Notes under the pieces: generated by a model
Told to the model about the DNA's origin: nothing
Database searches by the model: none
The model's input: the letters and a program-made list of their open reading frames with translations, nothing else
Position numbers and translations under genes: made by a program
DNA from: Terracidiphilus sp.
GTDB lineage: Bacteria > Acidobacteriota > Terriglobia > Terriglobales > Acidobacteriaceae
Reading direction: 5' to 3'
DNA: 64,000 nucleotides
Assembly: GCA_036488735.1 (NCBI GenBank)
Contig: DASXHC010000031.1
Coordinates: forward strand, 27,479-91,478
Shown here: positions 1 to 8,424 of the stretch, in pieces
Position numbering within the stretch: position 1 is the first letter of the stretch
How the letters are laid out: each line of letters begins with the position of its first letter

Positions 1-200
1 GAAACCGTAGTGAAGGCGATCGCTGAGTTCTTGAATTGAAGAAGGGCGGTGCTACGCCTTCCTTCGATACGAATTTAGTAGACTTCGCCGCTCGCGTTGA
101 ACGATTACCCCAAATGATACCCCTCGTATGTGCGAAAGCTCCCCCAAGGAGGGCCCGTGACAGCGTTGCCGAGGCTTAGCCCATTTATTGTCAACTGAAC

Positions 201-249
201 TTGACATAATCGCGAGGAATGGTGTAATGTTTACTTGTCATAAAGTAAA
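201..249 (+). promoter_or_regulatory. putative sigma70-type promoter plus palindromic operator upstream of the membrane-protein/XRE operon
   Basis: TTGACA at 201-206, an 18-nt spacer, then TAATGT at 225-230. A perfect 7-bp inverted repeat TTTACTT(230-236)-N6-AAGTAAA(243-249) runs into the AAGGAG RBS (248-253) of the GTG start at 261. A second, imperfect IR TTGTCAA(188-194)-N6-TTGACAT(201-207) overlaps the -35. Confidence 0.4.
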
Positions 250-260
250 GGAGACTAACC

Positions 261-665
261 GTGATTTGTTCTTCAACGAATCAGGCTCAGCGCCGGTTTG
301 TGAGGCGTATGTGGGTGGCCGCTCCGCTGTGCATTCTGTTTTCGCTTGCTGCAGCCCTCGCCGTTCGGCACGGCCACGTAACCGGCGTCCCGGCCTACCT
401 GATCGCGGTGTTTTCCGCGCTGCCCATCCTTGGCGCCATTGTGGTGACCGGGCTGTATCTGGAGGAAGAAAAGGACGAGTTCCAGCGCAATCTTCTTATT
501 CAATCTATGTTGGCTGGGATTGGGGCAACCCTGGCCGCGACCGAAATCTGGGGCAACCTGGAGAACTTCATCAAAGCACCGCACCTCGACCCGATCTGGG
601 TCTACCCGATGTTCTGGGTCTTCGTGCTGCTTTCTTATCCGGTGGTCCGGCTGAGGTACCGATGA
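261..665 (+). CDS. small integral membrane protein, first gene of a two-gene operon with an XRE regulator
   Basis: 134-aa ORF with a GTG start 8 nt after AAGGAG. Hydrophobic segments include VAAPLCILFSLAAALAV, AYLIAVFSALPILGAIVVTGLYL, MLAGIGATLAATEIW and IWVYPMFWVFVLLSYPVV. Its stop overlaps the next start (ATGA at 662-665). Confidence 0.6.
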   Translation: MICSSTNQAQRRFVRRMWVAAPLCILFSLAAALAVRHGHVTGVPAYLIAVFSALPILGAIVVTGLYLEEEKDEFQRNLLIQSMLAGIGATLAATEIWGNLENFIKAPHLDPIWVYPMFWVFVLLSYPVVRLRYR

Positions 666-880
666 AGAACAGGCTACGAGTATTGCGCGCGGAACGGGAG
701 TGGTCGCAAGCCGACCTTGCCCAGCGTCTGGAGGTCTCACGACAATCCGTAAACGCCATCGAGACGGGGAAGTTCGACCCCAGTTTGCCGTTGGCGTTCA
801 AGCTGGCACGGTTGTTTGAGATTTCGATTGAAGAGATATTTACGGATGAGAGTTCGGGTGCTGAGCTAGAGGTTCGCTGA
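662..880 (+). CDS. short XRE-family helix-turn-helix transcriptional regulator
   Basis: 72 aa reading MKNRLRVLRAEREWSQADLAQRLEVSRQSVNAIETGKFDPSLPLAFKLARLFEISIEEIF, a typical Cro/C1 HTH. I used the internal ATG at 662 of ORF 188..880; the upstream part of that ORF overlaps the membrane-protein frame. Confidence 0.85.
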   Translation: MKNRLRVLRAEREWSQADLAQRLEVSRQSVNAIETGKFDPSLPLAFKLARLFEISIEEIFTDESSGAELEVR

Positions 881-931
881 TTGTCGCTGCGCAGGATGCC
901 GGTCAGTTGGATGGCTTAAGATCGATCCAGC

Positions 932-1408
932 ATGAAGTGTCCATATTGCGGGTTTGCCCAGGATCGGGTGGTCGACTCGCGCGAGAGTAAAGAGGCCGAT
1001 TCAATCCGCCGTCGGCGCGAGTGCGAGCGCTGCAATCGGCGCTTTACCACCTACGAACGCATCGACGAAATTCCTTACATGGTGGTGAAGAAGGATGGGC
1101 GGCGGGAGCGGTTTGATCGCCAAAAAATTCTGAGCGGCCTGTTGCGCGCTTGCGAAAAACGCCCGGTGGCATCGAAGAAGCTGGAAGCCATTGTCGATGC
1201 GACCGAGTCCTACCTGATGGATGCGCCGGAGAGGGAGCGCACCACGTCGGAAATTGGCGAGTTGATCATGAGCCATCTGAAGGGTCTGGATACGGTTGCT
1301 TACATACGATTCGCATCGGTTTACCGCGATTTCAAGGACGTTCAGGAGTTCAAGGAAGAACTCGAAGGGTTGCTGGAAGGGCATAGGAAACCGGGGATCA
1401 GGGATTAG
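932..1408 (+). CDS. nrdR: transcriptional repressor NrdR (Zn-ribbon + ATP-cone)
   Basis: N-terminus MKCPYCGFAQDRVVDSRES...RRRRECERCNRRFTTYERI is the canonical NrdR zinc ribbon; 158 aa. Confidence 0.95.
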   Translation: MKCPYCGFAQDRVVDSRESKEADSIRRRRECERCNRRFTTYERIDEIPYMVVKKDGRRERFDRQKILSGLLRACEKRPVASKKLEAIVDATESYLMDAPERERTTSEIGELIMSHLKGLDTVAYIRFASVYRDFKDVQEFKEELEGLLEGHRKPGIRD

Positions 1409-1432
1409 GAAACAGGAATTGGAAAAGAGAGT

Positions 1433-2446
1433 ATGGGAGACAAGAAGACGCATAAAGTAACGCTAATTCCCGGCGATGGGATTGGGCCGGAAGTGACGCA
1501 GGCGGTCGTGCGCATCCTGGAAGCAACAGGCGTGCAGTGGGAATGGGATCGCTATGCCGCGGGCGCCGAAGCATTCGAAATCTTCGGCGAATACATTCCA
1601 GCTGCGCTCTACGAGTCGATCGAAAAGAACAAAGTTGCGCTGAAAGGCCCGGTTACGACGCCCATCGGCGGCGGATTCAAAAGCATCAACGTCACGCTGC
1701 GAAAGAAATTTGATCTTTTCGCCAATTTCAGGCCGATCAAGAATCTCCCCGGGCTGGAGTCAAAGTGGCCGGGCGTGGACCTGATTATCGTGCGGGAAAA
1801 TACGGAGGGTGAGTACGTCGGCCTGGAGCACGAGGTGGTGCCGGGGGTGGTTGAGAGCATCAAGGTCATAACCGAGAAAGGATCCACGCGCATTGCGAAA
1901 TTTGCGTTTGAATACGCGCGGAAGCATGGCCGCAAGAAGATTCATTCGATTCACAAGGCGAACATCATGAAGCTCTCCGACGGGCTGTTCCTGCGCTGCG
2001 CGCGCAAGGTGGCGGAGGGATTTCCCGAAATCTTCTACGGCGAACACATCATCGACAACACCTGCATGCAACTGGTGATGAACCCTTACCAATATGACAC
2101 CCTGCTGCTGGAGAACCTTTACGGGGATATCGTGAGCGATTTGTGCGCCGCCTTCGTCGGTGGGTTAGGGCTGGTGCCGGGCGCAAACCTGGGTGTGGAC
2201 TGCGCCATCTTCGAAGCCGTGCATGGCTCGGCTCCGGACATTGCGGGGAAAGATGTTGCCAATCCCACTGCCTTGCTGCAGTCGGCCATTCTGATGTTGC
2301 GTTACCTGGATGAAGAGGCAGCCGCGGACCGAGTACAGAAGGCCCTGGAGACGGTGTATACCGAGCGCAAGTCGCTCACGCGCGACGTAGGGGGAAGCGC
2401 GGGAACGACTCAATTTGCCGAAGCCGTGTTGGCGGCGATGGCGTAA
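1433..2446 (+). CDS. isocitrate/isopropylmalate dehydrogenase family enzyme, most like NAD-dependent isocitrate dehydrogenase
   Basis: 337 aa. Contains LIPGDGIGPEV, FANFRP, IVRENTEGEY and NLYGDIVSDL motifs of beta-decarboxylating dehydrogenases. Confidence 0.85.
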   Translation: MGDKKTHKVTLIPGDGIGPEVTQAVVRILEATGVQWEWDRYAAGAEAFEIFGEYIPAALYESIEKNKVALKGPVTTPIGGGFKSINVTLRKKFDLFANFRPIKNLPGLESKWPGVDLIIVRENTEGEYVGLEHEVVPGVVESIKVITEKGSTRIAKFAFEYARKHGRKKIHSIHKANIMKLSDGLFLRCARKVAEGFPEIFYGEHIIDNTCMQLVMNPYQYDTLLLENLYGDIVSDLCAAFVGGLGLVPGANLGVDCAIFEAVHGSAPDIAGKDVANPTALLQSAILMLRYLDEEAAADRVQKALETVYTERKSLTRDVGGSAGTTQFAEAVLAAMA

Positions 2447-2630
2447 AACGTTGCGCAAGGTGATTCGAATTGCTCGAAAGGGACTGGGCAATACTGCCTG
2501 GTTATGTTTTCGAATCAATAAAAATTGAAAGGTCTTGGATTTTTAAATTGCTGGTTGCAAAGCGAATGTTCCAAGTGGAACAATCGGAATCTAGCAACCG
2601 CCTCGCCTCGCCTAGACAGGAATTGAAAAA

Positions 2631-3671
2631 ATGCAGCGTTCGAACGCAGCATTCTGGTTACTCTTGGCTCTCGTGACCCATCCGGCCTTTTCCCTTGTGG
2701 GAGAACGGCTGAAGGTGGAGGTCGTGCAGACGCATGCGGGTGTGAGACTTGGAGATGCGCAAACAGGCAGAGATTCCGAGGACACCGTGACGCGCTGTAA
2801 TGGCGTCTCGGGGACCTATACCAGGGAATTTGGCTATCACTGCTGCAAACCGGGACCGCAGGCGGATGCACAGAACCTGCACAGGTCTTCGATTTTTTAT
2901 GATGTGGACGTCATCATGCCCAATGACGCACACATGATTCTTCACTGCTCCAGTGAGATGGGAAAAAACTGCGCCACATTCCCTTCGTATCCTGAGGGAA
3001 CAACCGTAGCCTGCAGCGACTTCGCGACGGGCAAAGCCGCGTATGAAGACTGCACCGCTTCGGGTAGTTCGGCGGGTGGCATCGGTATATACGAGGCGTC
3101 GCTTCATGGGGACAAGGTCACGATCTTCGGCGCCAGTTGGAAGCGCGTTTACGTGAAATATGGAACGTGGCAGGAAGCATCCCCGGCGCAAAAACCGCCG
3201 GCCGCCTCAGATACCAAGCTACCGGCACTGGCCCCGGACGGAACCACGATCGATCCCCAACTCATCGAGCAGGCCAAAGGCGGGGACGCGGTCGCCCAGT
3301 ACAAACTCGGCTACGACTATTATCTGGGCCGCGGTATCGCACAGGACTTCGCACAAGCCGCAGTGTGGTGGAAAAACGCCGCCGACCAGGGCTATGCCGA
3401 CGCACAGAACAACCTGGGCGTACTCTACAACAGCGGCAAAGGTGTTCCGCAAAGTTTCTCTGAAGCTTATTTCTGGCAGAATCTGGCGGCCGCCCGGGCC
3501 AACGGGTCATTGCAGACCCAGTTTGCCAAAAATCGCGACGACTCAGCCTCTAGGCTTACCTTCTTTGAAAAGCTAAGGGTGCAGAAGCGGGCGTCGAAGT
3601 GGGCTGCGGACCATCCGGTAAAGCCAACCGCTACTGAGAATGCCGGAGAACATCCTGCAGACAGGCCTTAA
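2631..3671 (+). CDS. exported Sel1-repeat protein with a Cys-rich N-terminal domain
   Basis: Signal peptide MQRSNAAFWLLLALVTHPAFS. C-terminal Sel1-like repeats read AQYKLGYDYYLGRGIAQDFAQAAVWWKNAADQGYADAQNNLGVLYNSGKGVPQSFSEAYFW. Confidence 0.75.
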   Translation: MQRSNAAFWLLLALVTHPAFSLVGERLKVEVVQTHAGVRLGDAQTGRDSEDTVTRCNGVSGTYTREFGYHCCKPGPQADAQNLHRSSIFYDVDVIMPNDAHMILHCSSEMGKNCATFPSYPEGTTVACSDFATGKAAYEDCTASGSSAGGIGIYEASLHGDKVTIFGASWKRVYVKYGTWQEASPAQKPPAASDTKLPALAPDGTTIDPQLIEQAKGGDAVAQYKLGYDYYLGRGIAQDFAQAAVWWKNAADQGYADAQNNLGVLYNSGKGVPQSFSEAYFWQNLAAARANGSLQTQFAKNRDDSASRLTFFEKLRVQKRASKWAADHPVKPTATENAGEHPADRP

Positions 3672-3699
3672 ACAACGTCGCCGACAGCCGTTCGTGGTG

Positions 3700-4212
3700 T
3701 TAGATAGGCCTCGGATTGGTGAGATGAGCGTTGGTTACGTTGTCGGCCGTATCCGTGAATGATTTGCCCCGCTGGTAGGCAAATTTCTGATAGTTGGGCC
3801 CGACCTTGCGGATCGCGTCCATAGCCCCGTCGTCCCAGGTGATGCGGGCTTCGCCGTTCACAAACTCCCAGCGACCACCCACTTCGCGCAACGACCGCCA
3901 TGCCTCGCCATTTTCCTTCAGCGTGATGTAGAAATTGTTTCCGTTGCCGTCTCCCACTTCCCACTTTCCGACGAAATGGCCGCGCGGAGGTGCTGTGGAA
4001 TTGAGCGGAGCCGTTTCGCTTGCCGTCATGGCAGAAGTGGGAAACTCGACGCGCTCAATGTCGGCGAGGTTGTAGGTTTGCCGATGGCCGTCCTTGAACA
4101 CAATGACGATGGCGCCGCCATTCTTGGCGGGCACCGGCGGCTTGGCGAAACCGTTGGGAACAGCGAGAAGAAACGCTAGAGTCAAGCAGGCGAAAACGGC
4201 GGTCTTGCGCAC
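3700..4212 (-). CDS. exported hypothetical protein
   Basis: 170-aa ORF with signal peptide MRKTAVFACLTLAFLLAVPNGFA. I recognise no family. Confidence 0.6.
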   Translation of the reverse strand: MRKTAVFACLTLAFLLAVPNGFAKPPVPAKNGGAIVIVFKDGHRQTYNLADIERVEFPTSAMTASETAPLNSTAPPRGHFVGKWEVGDGNGNNFYITLKENGEAWRSLREVGGRWEFVNGEARITWDDGAMDAIRKVGPNYQKFAYQRGKSFTDTADNVTNAHLTNPRPI

Positions 4213-4460
4213 GGAAATCTCCTTTTACGGAACCAGGCGATGGCTGTCCACTAAATCAAGTCAGTGGTATCTACGCGGGCGGGGCGTCGATTGTTCCCCG
4301 CCCGGCACCCGATTGCTCTTGGCGGTCGCTTGCTTCGTCGCGGGGTTGAAGTAAGTATGGACCCGGTACCGTGCGGCGGAACCCCTGATCGAATCGGTAC
4401 CGGCATCGGTCGGCGACCGCATCCGCGACTGAAAGCCGTGTAGTACTCCTGTACACTGGA

Positions 4461-5546
4461 ATGTTTACTGCCATGCAAACCAAATATCCAATAGGCATCC
4501 TGGGTGCGACCGGTATGGTCGGCCAACGCTTCATTCAATTGCTCGAGAATCACCCATGGTTCGAGGTGACGTGGCTGGCCGCAAGCGACCGTTCCAGCGG
4601 CAAACCCTACGGCGCGGCCGCGAAATGGCGGCTGGATACGCCGCTCCCCGACCGCATTGCCAGAATGGTAGTTTCTCCGGCAGAGCCCGAGGGCGCGCCG
4701 AAGGTCATTTTTGCATCGATCGACGCGGCGATTGCACGCGAGATGGAACCCAGGTTCGCTGCGGCCGGCTGCGCGGTGCTCTCCAACTCCTCGGCTTTCC
4801 GCATGACCCCCAATGTGCCGCTGGTGATTCCCGAGGTGAACGCCGATCACCTCCACCTGATCGAGGAACAGCCGTGGCGCAAGGAGTCGGGCGGCTACAT
4901 GGTGACCAACCCCAATTGCTCGACCATCGGCCTGGTCATGGCCCTCAAGCCGATCGAAGAGCGGTTTGGCATCGATCAAATTTTCGTGACCACGATGCAG
5001 GCGGTCAGCGGGGCAGGCTATCCCGGCGTGGCCTCCATGGACATCCTGGACAACGTGGTGCCGTTCATCGGCGGCGAAGAAGAAAAGATGGAAGCGGAGA
5101 CGCTGAAGCTGCTGGGCAAGCTGGAAGGCCACGGTGTCACGGCTCTGGACGCACGGATGACAGCGCACTGCAACCGGGTTCCGGTGGTCGACGGGCATAC
5201 GGAGTGCGTCTCCATCAAGCTGAAGAAAACTGCGACGCAGGAAGAACTGCTGGCAGCGTGGTCGGAGTTCCAGCCGCTGAAAGGCCGCGATCTGCCATTT
5301 GCTCCCGATATTCCGGTACAGTGGACCGAGCAACCCGACCGTCCCCAGCCGCGACTGGATCGCAACCGGGGCGCCGGCATGGCGGTAACCGTGGGCAGGC
5401 TGCGCCCGTGCAAGCTGCTGGACTGGAAGTTTGTGCTGCTGTCGCATAACACGGTGCGGGGCGCGGCGGGGGCGACGATTCTGAATGCAGAACTGCTGGT
5501 CAGTTTAGGAAAACTCGATCCGCTGGGAGCACCGGCGGGGGTTTAG
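4461..5546 (+). CDS. asd: aspartate-semialdehyde dehydrogenase
   Basis: The N-terminus IGILGATGMVGQRF is a Rossmann motif, and the active-site region reads NPNCSTIGLVMALKP. 361 aa. The alternative ATG at 4473 is equally possible. Confidence 0.9.
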   Translation: MFTAMQTKYPIGILGATGMVGQRFIQLLENHPWFEVTWLAASDRSSGKPYGAAAKWRLDTPLPDRIARMVVSPAEPEGAPKVIFASIDAAIAREMEPRFAAAGCAVLSNSSAFRMTPNVPLVIPEVNADHLHLIEEQPWRKESGGYMVTNPNCSTIGLVMALKPIEERFGIDQIFVTTMQAVSGAGYPGVASMDILDNVVPFIGGEEEKMEAETLKLLGKLEGHGVTALDARMTAHCNRVPVVDGHTECVSIKLKKTATQEELLAAWSEFQPLKGRDLPFAPDIPVQWTEQPDRPQPRLDRNRGAGMAVTVGRLRPCKLLDWKFVLLSHNTVRGAAGATILNAELLVSLGKLDPLGAPAGV

Positions 5547-5611
5547 AGCGGCGAGGAGCCGGTACGAGTGAAAAGCGAACACAGGCATAGATCAACGATG
5601 AGATATATGGC

Positions 5612-7036
5612 ATGAGCCTGGTGGTAATGAAATTCGGCGGCACGTCGGTTGAAGATCAGGCTGCCATCGACCGAACCGCATCGATTGTGGCGGGGCGCGT
5701 GGCCATGGGTAAGAATCCCGTGGTCGTGGTCAGCGCCATGGCCAAGGTCACCGATCAACTGCTGCGCGCGGCAGGCGCTTCCGCGAAGGGCGACCGCACC
5801 GGTGCGCTGGCCATCAGTTCGCGCTTGCGCTCGCGCCATCGCGACACAGCGTGCGCCCTGATCAAGGATGCCAAGGACGCCGCCACGCTGGTCACCTGGA
5901 TCGACCAGAAGTTCGACCAGCTTGACGAAGTGCTACGCGGGTTGGCGGCTATTCTTGAGCTCACCCCACGCATCTCCGACCTGATCGTAAGCTATGGCGA
6001 GCGCCTGTCGAGCCGCATGATCGCCGCGGCGTTTCGTGAGCGCGGCATCAACGCCGCTCATGTGGACGCACGCGAAGTGGTGATCACCGATTCGCAGTAT
6101 CAGAAGGCCATCCCGATCGACGCCATCATCGAAAAGCGCGCCAACGAAAAGGTGCGGCCACTGTTGAATGCCGGCAAGGTTCCAGTGATGGGCGGCTTCA
6201 TTGGCTCCAACGAGGCAGGCATCACCACCACGCTGGGACGCGGAGGTTCGGACTTTACCGGGGCACTCATCGGGGGGGCGTTGGCCGCCGACGCTATTGA
6301 AATCTGGACCGACGTGGACGGCATCATGACCTCCGATCCGCGGGTATGTCCCGATGCCCTGCGCGTGAAGGTCATCAGTTTTGAAGAGGCGGCCGAGCTG
6401 GCCTACTTCGGCGCCAAGGTGCTGCACCCGGCGACGATTCTGCCGGCGGTCCGGAAGAACATCCCCGTGCTGGTGCTGAACAGCCGCAACGCATCGAACG
6501 AAGGCACGCGCATCACTTCCCTGGCACCGCACTGCAAGAGCCCGTTCAAGTCGATCGCAGTCAAGAAAAAGCTGAGCATTATCGACGTGGTCGCCAGCCG
6601 CATGCTGATGACGCATGGATATCTCAAGGCCATCTTCGACATCTTTGACAAACACCAATGCCCGGTAGACATGGTTTCGACCAGTGAAGTATCCGTGTCG
6701 CTCACGGTGGACTCGAACGAGAAGCTGCCCCTGATCGCTGCCGACCTGAGCAAGCTGGCCGACGTGAAGTACGAAGGCAAGAAGGCCCTGGTATGCATGG
6801 TGGGAGAAGATATTCGCGGCCAGAGCGGCATGGCCGCCCAGGTGTTCGGAGCGATCCGGCACATCAACGTGCGCATGATCTCGCAGGGCGCGAGCGAAAT
6901 CAACATGAGCTTCATGATCGACGAGGAAGATGCGGACGAGGCGGTGCGTTCGCTGCATGCGAAGTTTTTCCAGGATCCTGATCCCACGATTTTCGATGTG
7001 GAAGCGAGAAAGCCACTTCTAGCTTCCAGCTCTTAG
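5612..7036 (+). CDS. lysC: aspartate kinase
   Basis: MSLVVMKFGGTSV start, GRGGSDFT motif and C-terminal ACT-type region; 474 aa. Confidence 0.95.
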   Translation: MSLVVMKFGGTSVEDQAAIDRTASIVAGRVAMGKNPVVVVSAMAKVTDQLLRAAGASAKGDRTGALAISSRLRSRHRDTACALIKDAKDAATLVTWIDQKFDQLDEVLRGLAAILELTPRISDLIVSYGERLSSRMIAAAFRERGINAAHVDAREVVITDSQYQKAIPIDAIIEKRANEKVRPLLNAGKVPVMGGFIGSNEAGITTTLGRGGSDFTGALIGGALAADAIEIWTDVDGIMTSDPRVCPDALRVKVISFEEAAELAYFGAKVLHPATILPAVRKNIPVLVLNSRNASNEGTRITSLAPHCKSPFKSIAVKKKLSIIDVVASRMLMTHGYLKAIFDIFDKHQCPVDMVSTSEVSVSLTVDSNEKLPLIAADLSKLADVKYEGKKALVCMVGEDIRGQSGMAAQVFGAIRHINVRMISQGASEINMSFMIDEEDADEAVRSLHAKFFQDPDPTIFDVEARKPLLASSS

Positions 7037-7139
7037 CTGCCAGCGGTGTCAGTGCCTGGATTGGTTTATGATCCGCGCCAATAGAAACAGCGCCGCAAGT
7101 GCACGCCCATCGTGAAGTGGAAGCTAGAAGCTAGGAGCT
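7021..7139 (+). promoter_or_regulatory. bipartite intergenic RNA element (left arm 7021-7038, right arm 7122-7139) able to pair across the lysC-dapB spacer and cover the dapB SD
   Basis: Left arm AGCTTCCAGCTCTTAGCT overlaps the lysC stop at 7034-7036. Right arm AGCTAGAAGCTAGGAGCT contains the AGGAG 8 nt before the dapB ATG. The arms pair at 14 Watson-Crick + 2 G-U of 18 positions. The same two arms recur at the gcvH-gcvPA junction. Confidence 0.4.
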
Positions 7140-7145
7140 CGCAAA

Positions 7146-7823
7146 ATGTTGTTTCTTGTTCTGGGTAAAGGGAAAACCGGAAGCCTGGTAGCTGAGGTGG
7201 CGCGGGAACGCGGCCATGGAGTCCGCGCGCTGGATGTTGGCGAGAACAACCGGGCCTCGGCGCTGACAGCGCCAACTCTGGCGGGCGTGGATGTGGTCAT
7301 CGACTTTACCAACGCGGAAGCCGCAATCGAGAACATGCGCGCGGTGCTGGCTCTCGGTTGCCGCATCGTGGTGGGCACCACGGGGTGGTATGCGCATCTT
7401 GATTCCATGAAAGCCATCGCCGAGAGGCGCAATGGCGGTTTGCTCTACGGCAGCAACTTCTCCATCGGTGTACAGAAGCTGTTCCGACTAACGGCCGAGT
7501 TGGCCGAATTGGATGGGTACGCGTTCTCTGTCACCGAGACTCACCATACGACGAAGCTGGATGCGCCATCGGGAACAGCGATCACGCTGAAGCAAATCCT
7601 CCAGTCGGCCAACCCGGATGCTGAAATTCCGGTCACGTCGCATCGCGTGGGGGACGCCAACGGCGAGCATGTCGTGACCGCGAAGAGCGAAAACGATGTG
7701 TTGGAACTGCGCCACGACGCGCACAGCCGTCGGGGCTTCGCTCTGGGCGCGGTGCGCGGCGCGGAGTGGCTGGCCGGCAAATCCGGTGTATTCGACTTCC
7801 GCGAAATCTTTGACCAATTGTAA
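7146..7823 (+). CDS. dapB: 4-hydroxy-tetrahydrodipicolinate reductase (short form)
   Basis: The signature ETHHTTKLDAPSGTA matches the DapB E-x-HH-x-K-x-DAPSGTA motif. 225 aa, following lysC. Confidence 0.85.
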   Translation: MLFLVLGKGKTGSLVAEVARERGHGVRALDVGENNRASALTAPTLAGVDVVIDFTNAEAAIENMRAVLALGCRIVVGTTGWYAHLDSMKAIAERRNGGLLYGSNFSIGVQKLFRLTAELAELDGYAFSVTETHHTTKLDAPSGTAITLKQILQSANPDAEIPVTSHRVGDANGEHVVTAKSENDVLELRHDAHSRRGFALGAVRGAEWLAGKSGVFDFREIFDQL

Positions 7824-7860
7824 GAGCACGTGCCACAGCCAGGCGGTAGTCTGTGAAGGC

Positions 7861-8424
7861 ATGGATACCGCTTACATTGGTATGGGTTCGAACATGGCCA
7901 GCGCGGCGGGATCGCCGGACAAAACGCTGGCGGCTGCGGCATTGCGGCTGGAGTCACTCGGTGAAGTGGTCGCGCTTTCTTCGCTCTACTCAACGGAACC
8001 CGTGGGATTCACAGACCAGCCACGGTTTCTGAATGCGGTGGCCGCGCTGAATACAGAGCTGGAACCTCACGCCCTTCTGCATGCATTGTTGCAAATCGAG
8101 AAAGATTTCGGGCGAGACCGGTCGGCGGGCATTCCCAATGGGCCGCGCACCCTGGACCTGGATATCCTGGTCTACGGCGATCTGAACATTCGCGAAGAAG
8201 GCCTGGAGATTCCCCATCCCCGGATGAGCGAACGAAAATTTGTGCTGATACCTTTGGTCGAAATCGCATCCAATTACAAGAGTCTCGACCCGCCCAAGGC
8301 CGTGATAGAACTGACTCAAGCATTCCCCGAAAGGTCCCCGGAAAAAACTAATGCTGTCGTTCTTGTCCAAAGCGATGTTTGGCGTGCTCGCGGTATCCGG
8401 AATGCTGGTTCCGGCAAAGCTTAG
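7861..8424 (+). CDS. folK: 2-amino-4-hydroxy-6-hydroxymethyldihydropteridine diphosphokinase (HPPK)
   Basis: From the internal ATG at 7861: MDTAYIGMGSN...LSSLYSTEPVGFTDQPRFLNAVAAL...GPRTLDLDIL...IPHPRMSERKFVLIPL, which are typical FolK motifs. Confidence 0.85.
   Translation: MDTAYIGMGSNMASAAGSPDKTLAAAALRLESLGEVVALSSLYSTEPVGFTDQPRFLNAVAALNTELEPHALLHALLQIEKDFGRDRSAGIPNGPRTLDLDILVYGDLNIREEGLEIPHPRMSERKFVLIPLVEIASNYKSLDPPKAVIELTQAFPERSPEKTNAVVLVQSDVWRARGIRNAGSGKA

Noticed and set aside
1-39. Possible 3' end of a plus-strand gene (...ETVVKAIAEFLN stop)
   Set aside because: Only 12 codons are visible. That is too little to support a feature.
4213-4460. Structured leader upstream of asd (GGGCGGGG...CCCCGCCC hairpin, GGTACCG/CGGTACC repeats), considered as a lysine or other amino-acid riboswitch
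   Set aside because: I could not match it to L-box or other riboswitch cores by eye. It may simply be the terminator or promoter region of the divergent gene pair.
4251-5447. 398-aa minus-strand ORF
   Set aside because: It is antisense to asd and has no motifs. It is a GC-skew artefact.
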